Assembly (NCBI GenBank): GCA_963704865.1
Contig: CAVPIE010000015.1
Location: forward strand, 260,658 to 324,657
DNA from: an uncultured delta proteobacterium
GTDB lineage: Bacteria > Myxococcota_A > Polyangia > Polyangiales > Houyiibacteriaceae
DNA: 64,000 nt
Direction of reading: 5' to 3'
A program made the position numbers and the translations under genes. Positions 57,067 through 64,000 of this stretch are shown here, piece by piece (positions within the stretch are counted from its first letter, which is position 1; each line of letters opens with the position of its first letter). The notes under the pieces were generated by a model, which did no database searches, was not told the origin of the DNA, and saw only the letters and a program-made list of their open reading frames with translations.

Positions 57067-59571
57067 TCAGTCGACGTCGGTCAGCTGCACCGGATTCGGC
57101 TCCACTCGCCAGATGTCCCGGCTGTAGTCGAGGATCGTGCGATCTGAGGAGAACGGCCCCATTCGTGCCGTGTTGAGGATCGACATCTTGGTCCAGTGGA
57201 CCTGGTCCGCCCAGGCTTGGCTGACTTCCGTTTGGCAGTCGACGTAGGACTGGAAGTCGGCCAACACGAAGTAGTCGTCGTGATGGATCAGGCTTTCGAT
57301 CAGGGGCTGGAAAAGCGCCCAGTCTCCCCGCGAGAAATGGCCCGAAGCGATTAAATCGAGAGCGCCTTTGAGTGGCGCGTTTCGCTCGTAGTATTCATAG
57401 GGTCGGTAGCCCGTCTCCCGCAACGCTTGGATTTCGTCTGTGGTGAGCCCAAAGAGAAAAAAATTTTCGGCGCCGACGGCATCTCGAATTTCGACGTTCG
57501 CGCCATCCAGGGTGCCGATGGTCAGGGCGCCGTTCATGGAGAACTTCATGTTGCCAGTCCCCGAGGCTTCCTTGCCGGCCGTCGATATCTGCTCGGACAG
57601 GTCAGCGCAGGGATAGACCAGTTGAGCCGTCTTCACGTTGTAGTTCGGGATGAAGATGACCTTCAGCTTCTCGCAAGTGTCCGGGTCGGCATTCACGACC
57701 TCGGCTACGGAATTGATGAGCTTGATGATGAGCTTGGCCATCGTGTAGCCGGGCGCTGCCTTGCCGCCAAAGATGAAAGTTCGTGACGCCGTCGCGAAGC
57801 CAGGGTTCTCCTTGAGCATTCGGTACAAGTGCACGATGTGGAGCACCGCCAACTGCTGACGCTTGTACTCGTGGATGCGCTTGACCTGGACGTCGAACAT
57901 CGAGTCTAGATCCGCCTCGACCTTCATCAGTCGATGCGCCTGCTCGGCGGCCGCGCGCTTGCGTGCAGTCTTGACGGCCCGCCATTGCGCGTGGAACTCG
58001 GGGTCATCGGCAAGCCCCTCGAGCCGGCGCAGCTGAGTCAAATCCGTGATCCACGCTTCGCCGATACGATCGGTGATCAGCTCCGCGAGCTCCGGGTTGG
58101 CAAGGGCCACAAAACGTCGCGGGGTGACGCCGTTGGTCTTGTTGTTGAACTTGCCCGGGTAGAACTCGTGGAAATCCCGCATCACACGGGTCTTGAGCAA
58201 GTCGGTGTGCAGGGCGGAGACGCCATTGACCGAGAAGCTGCCCACGGTGGCGAGATTGGCCATGCGAACCGAGCCGCCGCCGTGATCATCGATGAGGGAC
58301 ATGCGCTGTTGCCTCTCGCCGTCGCCTGGGAAGCGCTCGCGAACCTCGACCATGAACCGGGCATTGATTTCGTAGATGATCTCCAAGTGACGCGGTAGCA
58401 ATCGCCCAAACACCGATAGCGGCCAGGTTTCGAGAGCTTCCGGAAGCAAGGTGTGATTCGTGTATGCAAACGTCTCCGAGCTGATCCGCCAGGCGGTCTC
58501 CCAGCTCATCCCGTGTTCGTCGAGCAGCAGCCGCATCAGCTCGGGTATGGCGAGCGCCGGATGGGTGTCGTTGAGCTGAATTGCGAATCCTTCACTCAGA
58601 GTGTCGGGCCCGCCGCCACGAAGCTGATGCAGCCTCAGTAAATCCTGGAGCGAGCAGGAAACCAGAAAGTACTGTTGCCGAAGCCTGAGCTCCTTGCCCT
58701 GCGCCGGCTCGTCGTTGGGATAGAGCACTTTGGTCAGCGTTTCCGAGGCGACCTTGCGTTCGACCGCACCGTAGTAGTCGCCGACATTGAAGCTTCCGAA
58801 GTCGAACGTTTCTGCGGCCTCTGCGGCCCAGAGGCGCAGCATGTTCATGTTGTTGACCTTGTACCCAGGAATCGGCGTGGCGTAGGCAACTCCTTTGACC
58901 ATGGTGTTTGGACGCCAGCGCACCCGGTAGCGACCATTGTCATCGGTGTAGGATTCGGTATGACCGCCAAAGCCCACTGGATAGCTGTACTCCGGCCGAG
59001 CAACTTCCCAGGGGTTCCCCTGACGCAGCCACTTATCTGTGCGCTCGACCTGCCAGCCGTCGTGGATCTGCTGCTGGAAGATGCCGAACTCGTATCGCAA
59101 GCCGTAACCCACCGCTGGAATCTGCAGCGTTGAAAGCGAATCCATGAAGCACGCGGCCAGCCGCCCAAGTCCACCATTGCCGAGGCCCGGCTCACGCTCT
59201 GCGTCGATGAGCTCATCGAGGTTCTGCCCGAGCGACGCAACGGCCTCCGCAACTTGACTGCGAATGCCGAGGTTCAACAGTGCGTTGCCGAGCGAAGGAC
59301 CCAGTAGATACTCCGCAGAAAGGTAACAGACGACGCGGGTCGGATGAGACAGCAAGGACCTGGCGGTGCTCAGCCAGCGCTGCATCAGCCGGTCTCGCAC
59401 GGTGTAGGCAACAGCCAGGTAGTAGTCCGACCGGGTCGCCAGCGCGGGGACGTTGCCACAGCGATAGAAGAGGTTTTCCTGAATGGCCCGGCGCAGCGTG
59501 TCGACGCCGACTCCGGTTCGGTCGTCATCGACGACCGCGCGTTTGTGTGACGGCGAGCCCTTCGCGTTCAT
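57067..59571 (-). CDS. glgP: Glycogen/maltodextrin phosphorylase
   Basis: GLGNGGLGRLAACF, LNDTHP, YTNHT, KTNGVTPRR, KRIHEYKRQ, EASGTGNMK; SD GGAGG. Confidence 0.97.
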   Translation of the reverse strand: MNAKGSPSHKRAVVDDDRTGVGVDTLRRAIQENLFYRCGNVPALATRSDYYLAVAYTVRDRLMQRWLSTARSLLSHPTRVVCYLSAEYLLGPSLGNALLNLGIRSQVAEAVASLGQNLDELIDAEREPGLGNGGLGRLAACFMDSLSTLQIPAVGYGLRYEFGIFQQQIHDGWQVERTDKWLRQGNPWEVARPEYSYPVGFGGHTESYTDDNGRYRVRWRPNTMVKGVAYATPIPGYKVNNMNMLRLWAAEAAETFDFGSFNVGDYYGAVERKVASETLTKVLYPNDEPAQGKELRLRQQYFLVSCSLQDLLRLHQLRGGGPDTLSEGFAIQLNDTHPALAIPELMRLLLDEHGMSWETAWRISSETFAYTNHTLLPEALETWPLSVFGRLLPRHLEIIYEINARFMVEVRERFPGDGERQQRMSLIDDHGGGSVRMANLATVGSFSVNGVSALHTDLLKTRVMRDFHEFYPGKFNNKTNGVTPRRFVALANPELAELITDRIGEAWITDLTQLRRLEGLADDPEFHAQWRAVKTARKRAAAEQAHRLMKVEADLDSMFDVQVKRIHEYKRQQLAVLHIVHLYRMLKENPGFATASRTFIFGGKAAPGYTMAKLIIKLINSVAEVVNADPDTCEKLKVIFIPNYNVKTAQLVYPCADLSEQISTAGKEASGTGNMKFSMNGALTIGTLDGANVEIRDAVGAENFFLFGLTTDEIQALRETGYRPYEYYERNAPLKGALDLIASGHFSRGDWALFQPLIESLIHHDDYFVLADFQSYVDCQTEVSQAWADQVHWTKMSILNTARMGPFSSDRTILDYSRDIWRVEPNPVQLTDVD

Positions 59572-59677
59572 ATCCGTTTCCTCCAGGAGTCAGCCCAGCA
59601 GGTTGGGGGCCTACGAGTGTCGACTCTCGCCCAGAAGATGGCAAGGGGGTCCTCGCGGAAGGACGTCCTTCAATCGG

Positions 59678-61213
59678 TTAAAGCCGACCGGTTGCCTCTG
59701 CGAGTGCTCGCAGTCGCGTGGCCAACGCCCGATTGAGCTGACCTGGCTCGAGCCTCCACGTCCAATTGCCGCTCGTCGTCCCGGGACGATTCATTCGGTG
59801 ACGTTCATCGAAGTGAAGCAGATCTTGAAGCGGGACGATCACGGTGTCGGCAGGGGACTCGAGAAGGGCCCCAATCGCTGCGTCGACGACATCGACGTCG
59901 CGGCTCGTTCCGAAGTAGCTCTGAACGCGCTGAAGATCCGCCTCCGCGCTCGCGTCTCCTGACTCCGCTTGGCGCTTGAGGTCACGATACCAGCCGAGCA
60001 TCGTGTTGCTATCGTGGGTCCCGGTGAAGGCCACGCTCCTTTGGGGATACTCGTCCGGGTGGTGCACACGGTTTCCATGGTCGCCGCCAAACGCAAACTG
60101 CAGCACTTTCATTCCCGGGAGGTCGAACTGGTCGCGCAGGTCCCATACCTCCTGGCTGACCGCACCGAGGTCCTCCGCGATGAACGGGAGCTCGCCGTAT
60201 TCTCGTGTGAGCTCGTCGAAGAACGCGCGCCCGGGCGCGTCGATCCACTGCCCATCCATGGCCGTCTCGGAGTCGGCAGGAATGCGCCAGTATCGTGCGA
60301 AGCCGATGAAGTGGTCGAGCCGTAGCAGGTCGAACAGCTCGAGCTGGCGGTGCAGGCGGGACTTCCACCATGCAAAGCCGGTGCGCTCGTGATGCTCCCA
60401 GTCGTACAAGGCGTTTCCCCAACGCTGCCCCTCCGCGGCGAATGCGTCAGGCGGAGCTCCTGCGACGAACCTGGGGCGACCCTTTGCATTCAGTAGGAAA
60501 GCCTCGGGGTTCGCCCAGACGTCCGCGCTCTGATGGGAGACGAACATCGGAACATCGCCGAAGATCCTAACTCGCCGATCCTCGCAGTGCTGTCGAAGGG
60601 CCTGCCACTGTCGGTCGAAAAGAAATTGCTCGAACGCGAAATAGTCGATGTCGTCCGCAGACTCTTCGCGCAACGCAGAGAGGACCGATGGCTTCCGCCG
60701 GGCGAGGTCTTCGGGCCAGGTCGTCCAATCGGCAGTCCCGTAGCGAGATCGAAGCGTGACGAATTGGCAGTAATCTTCGAGCCAGCCCTGCTCACGATCT
60801 CGAAATTCCCCAAAGGACCGGAGCATGTCTCGTGATCCTCGCTGGCCGAACGTCCGATACGCTTCCGTGAGCAGCTTCGACCGAACACGCTTGGAATCGA
60901 CGAACTCGGCCTTTGCTGTCTTCGAGCCGGTGGGGAGACCGCGGAGTGCCCGCTCGTCCAGCAGGCCGTCTTCTATCAGCGCTTCGGGCGAAATCATCAG
61001 CGGCTCGCATGCGAACGCCGAGATGCTGGAATACGGTGAGTCAGAGTCACCGATTGGGTTGAGTGGGAGCGTCTGCCACCAGCCCTGGCCGGCTTGCGCC
61101 AGGAAATCTGCGAACGCGTGCGCGGACGGCCCGAGGTCGCCGGTGTACGCCCCACCCGGAAGCGAGGTGATATGTAAGAGAACTCCGCTGCGCCTCGGGA
61201 GCTCCACCATCAC
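59678..61213 (-). CDS. malQ: 4-alpha-glucanotransferase (GH77)
   Basis: SGVLLHITSLP, SPYSS.SAFA, GAPPD.F...GQRWG, RLDHFIG, IAEDLG, TGTHD, MNRPG...GNW.WR. Confidence 0.96.
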   Translation of the reverse strand: MMVELPRRSGVLLHITSLPGGAYTGDLGPSAHAFADFLAQAGQGWWQTLPLNPIGDSDSPYSSISAFACEPLMISPEALIEDGLLDERALRGLPTGSKTAKAEFVDSKRVRSKLLTEAYRTFGQRGSRDMLRSFGEFRDREQGWLEDYCQFVTLRSRYGTADWTTWPEDLARRKPSVLSALREESADDIDYFAFEQFLFDRQWQALRQHCEDRRVRIFGDVPMFVSHQSADVWANPEAFLLNAKGRPRFVAGAPPDAFAAEGQRWGNALYDWEHHERTGFAWWKSRLHRQLELFDLLRLDHFIGFARYWRIPADSETAMDGQWIDAPGRAFFDELTREYGELPFIAEDLGAVSQEVWDLRDQFDLPGMKVLQFAFGGDHGNRVHHPDEYPQRSVAFTGTHDSNTMLGWYRDLKRQAESGDASAEADLQRVQSYFGTSRDVDVVDAAIGALLESPADTVIVPLQDLLHFDERHRMNRPGTTSGNWTWRLEPGQLNRALATRLRALAEATGRL

Positions 61214-63270
61214 CTCGGAATGCGTTCTGCGACCAGGACGACCGTCGAGTACGGTTGCACGACGTGTTCGCTTCCGATGACGATCTCCGCGTTGTCCGGG
61301 TGCGCGAAGTCGTCAGGCGACTGCCGATGTGTGTCGATCAAGCGTCGCCACAGGCGGGGCTCACCTTCGCGAAGCAACGGAAGCTCGAACGTCAAGGGCT
61401 CCGAGTACGCGTTGAACATGAAGTGCCACCCGTACTGAAACACTTCGACAGAAAAGGCCAGGCTTCGCGAGTGCGGCGCGAGGTCGGGTTCATTGAGCTT
61501 CACGCCGTGCCAGTGCACCGGAACGGCACGAAGCAAGTCCGATAGGGTCAACCCCGGCACTTCGAAGGCTACGCTCAGCCGCAGGTGGATCAGCTCTTTC
61601 ACAAAGCGATGAAGACCCGGGTGCTTCTCGACAAGGCCCCAGTCGAACCAGGTGAGCTCGCTGTCGTGACAATAGGGGTTGTTGTTTCCGCGCTGGGTCC
61701 GTCGCGCCTCATCGCCCATCACCAACATCGGGACACCCAGCGAGAGAAGGTTCGTCGTGAAGAAGTTCTTGATTTGCTGGATGCGGAGTTTCTCGATCGC
61801 CGGATCGTCAGTCGGCCCTTCGATGCCGCAGTTCCAGCTGAGATTATAGTCCGAGCCGTCGCGGTTCTCTTCCTGGTTCTCCCAATTGTGCTTTTCGTCA
61901 TAAGAGACGAGATCGTTGAGCGTGAATCCGTCGTGGCAGGTCACGAAGTTGATGCTCTGCTCGGCCTCGCGCCCCTGGCCCCCGTAGATATCGGGGCTCG
62001 CCAGGAACCGTGCTGCAAGCTTTTCGACGTGTCCCTCGTCTCCCCGGAAGAACCCTCGCACGTCGTCGCGAAACCTGCCGTTCCATTCCTTCCAGTGGTC
62101 GCCGAAGAAACTGCCGACCTGATAGAGGCCCGAAGCGTCCCATGCCTCTGCGATGAGCTTGGTGCCGCTCAGAACCGGGTCGGTTTCGATGTCCCAGAGC
62201 ACCGGTGGATTCGCCTCCACTTCACCTTCGGTGTTGCGCGAAAGGATGGACGCGAGGTCAAAACGGAAACCATCGACGTGCATCTCTCTCACCCAATGGC
62301 GCAGACTGTCGAGAATGAGGCGACGCACGACTGCGTGGTTGGCATTCAGCGTATTGCCCGTGCCGCTGTAGTTCGCGTAGCGTGACCGGTTTCCTCGTTC
62401 GAGGCTGTAGTAGATGCTGTTGTCGAGGCCCTTGAACGAGAGGGTCGCGCCGTCGTCTCCTGCCTCCGCCGTGTGGTTATAGACCACGTCGAGAATGACC
62501 TCGATGTCAGCGCGGTGGAGTGCCTTCACCATGTCTCGAAACTCGTCCAAGACCGCCAGTGGCTCGTTGGACGAAGCGAAGCCGTAGTGCGGCGCGAAAA
62601 AAGAAATTGGGTTGTAGCCCCAGTAGTTGCTGAGGCCGGGTGGCGCCTCCTGCGGGTCGAACAGAAACACGGGCAAGAGCTCGACCGCTGTCACACCGAG
62701 GTCGGTCAAGTACGGAATCTTCTCGACGAGACCCGCGTAGGTTCCGCGCTTTTCGGAAGAAACCCCCGAGCTCGGATGCCGTGTGAACCCGCGGACATGC
62801 ATCTCGTAGATGACCGTGTTCGAAAAGGCGTGCGCTGGGGCGATGTCCCCTTCCCAGTCGTATTCGCTGAAGTCGGCCACGACGCTCTTCATCGCGGTCG
62901 CCGCCGTATCGCCGGGCCGGCGTGCCGCTTCGCGGTTGTAGCCTTCCGGAACCGCGACGGCGCGACCATAAGGATCGAGCAGCACCTTTTCGCGGTCGTA
63001 GCGGAGCCCTTCCTCCGGTGCATACCGGCCCTCGGCGCGATAGGCATAGAGTTGGCCTGGTCCGATGCCCGGCACAAAGGCATGCCAGTAGTGAAAGGTT
63101 CGATGATTTCGCGACGGGTCGAGCCGGATGACACGCGAAGGCTCTCGGGCGTCAGGGCCGTCGAAGAGAAGAAGCTCGAGTGCGTCGCAATGCTTGGAAT
63201 AGATGCTGAAGTTCACACCATCGGGTCGTGGCGTCGCACCCAGCGGATAGCTTTGTCCGGTTCGAATCAT
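61210..63270 (-). CDS. glgX: Glycogen debranching enzyme / isoamylase (GH13)
   Basis: IYEMHVRGFT, NYWGY, DVVYNHT, DGFRFDLA, AEAWD, CHDGFTL.D, GNNNPYC. Confidence 0.96.
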   Translation of the reverse strand: MIRTGQSYPLGATPRPDGVNFSIYSKHCDALELLLFDGPDAREPSRVIRLDPSRNHRTFHYWHAFVPGIGPGQLYAYRAEGRYAPEEGLRYDREKVLLDPYGRAVAVPEGYNREAARRPGDTAATAMKSVVADFSEYDWEGDIAPAHAFSNTVIYEMHVRGFTRHPSSGVSSEKRGTYAGLVEKIPYLTDLGVTAVELLPVFLFDPQEAPPGLSNYWGYNPISFFAPHYGFASSNEPLAVLDEFRDMVKALHRADIEVILDVVYNHTAEAGDDGATLSFKGLDNSIYYSLERGNRSRYANYSGTGNTLNANHAVVRRLILDSLRHWVREMHVDGFRFDLASILSRNTEGEVEANPPVLWDIETDPVLSGTKLIAEAWDASGLYQVGSFFGDHWKEWNGRFRDDVRGFFRGDEGHVEKLAARFLASPDIYGGQGREAEQSINFVTCHDGFTLNDLVSYDEKHNWENQEENRDGSDYNLSWNCGIEGPTDDPAIEKLRIQQIKNFFTTNLLSLGVPMLVMGDEARRTQRGNNNPYCHDSELTWFDWGLVEKHPGLHRFVKELIHLRLSVAFEVPGLTLSDLLRAVPVHWHGVKLNEPDLAPHSRSLAFSVEVFQYGWHFMFNAYSEPLTFELPLLREGEPRLWRRLIDTHRQSPDDFAHPDNAEIVIGSEHVVQPYSTVVLVAERIPR

Positions 63271-64000
63271 TTCGGCGTCTGAGGACTACTTGCGACGACC
63301 TTTTCGACTGCTTCGAGCAGGCTCTTGCTGTAGACGCGGCCCGCCAGATTGTCGCGTGCTTTCTTCGCGACCGCGTCCCACTCGGCTTTGTACGGTGAGG
63401 TGTCGACTTCGATCATGCCACGGCTGACCAGCGATGCGTAGGCTCTCGCGTCGTCACGCCGTACCAGAGCATCGTTGGCCTTCGAGGCGCGCATGCTGGT
63501 CGAGAGCAAGATCTCTTGATCGCGCTCCGAAAGCTCGTCGAACTTCTCCTGCGTGACGATCCCTCCGCCGACCATGATGTTGAAGTTGTCCGTCGTCATG
63601 TACTTTAGGCGCGTGTACCATTGGAGCGCGACCGCTGCGAGGGCGGATGCGGGAACGGTGTCGACCATGCGGGTCTGCAATCCGCCGTAGACCTCGGGAA
63701 GACCCATCCGAACTGCGTTCGCGCCAATCGCGCTGATGAATTCTGCGAAGACGGGATCGTCTTTCCAGGCCCAAGGTCGGAAGCTCTTGAGGTCGTCGGG
63801 CTTGGCAAATGCGTTTGTCGAGAAGAGCCGGTTCTTGCCGGCTTCTCCCCAATTCAGAAGCACGAAGCCCGCGTCTTTGAACATCTTGGTGAATCGGTCG
63901 TTGAGCTCGGTCCGGGCGCGCGCCAGCTGCTCGTACTCGGTGAGTAAGCCTGGCGCCGTGAGCACCAAGACCGGACGCGCGACCATCCCGAGCCCCGTCG
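63267..64000 (-). CDS. TRAP transporter substrate-binding protein (DctP family), 5'-partial
   Basis: GFVLLNWGEAG, P.DLK, GAN...M..PEVY..LQT.MVD, QWY, F..LS...QEIL; frame open to the window end. Confidence 0.82.
   Translation of the reverse strand, partial: TGLGMVARPVLVLTAPGLLTEYEQLARARTELNDRFTKMFKDAGFVLLNWGEAGKNRLFSTNAFAKPDDLKSFRPWAWKDDPVFAEFISAIGANAVRMGLPEVYGGLQTRMVDTVPASALAAVALQWYTRLKYMTTDNFNIMVGGGIVTQEKFDELSERDQEILLSTSMRASKANDALVRRDDARAYASLVSRGMIEVDTSPYKAEWDAVAKKARDNLAGRVYSKSLLEAVEKVVASSPQTPK

Overview
GC-rich bacterial chromosome segment with about 55 densely packed CDSs. The gene content suggests Myxococcota (Polyangiales-like; inference): Ser/Thr kinases, PEGA, DUF4388, TSP3-OmpA proteins and TPR-multiheme cytochromes. 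It is mostly core genome: a UDP-diacetamido-uronic acid sugar trio, tldD-pmbA, coaE, dtd, tmk, ctaA/ctaB/SCO, bioB, bfd-bfr, pgm, cysE, aroC, tsaD-priA, def-fmt and glgX-malQ-glgP. I found no rRNA, tRNA, CRISPR array, transposase or prophage gene, and I cannot point to one clearly new multi-gene system. The best leads are: (1) a set of non-coding repeats and long fold-back elements (three 95-nt repeat copies at 29.2-30.4 kb; 118-190-nt hairpins at 26.4, 29.5 and 47.6 kb, one at the breakpoint of a 5'-truncated SDR gene); (2) a window-wide signature of leaderless transcription, with a -10-like hexamer 6-9 nt before the start codon and no SD; (3) a kstD gene with a perfect actinobacterial KstR-type operator; (4) a divergent ACP / serine-palmitoyltransferase-like pair; (5) a bacterioferritin lacking the His130 ferroxidase ligand. 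All motif calls and alignments were made by eye.
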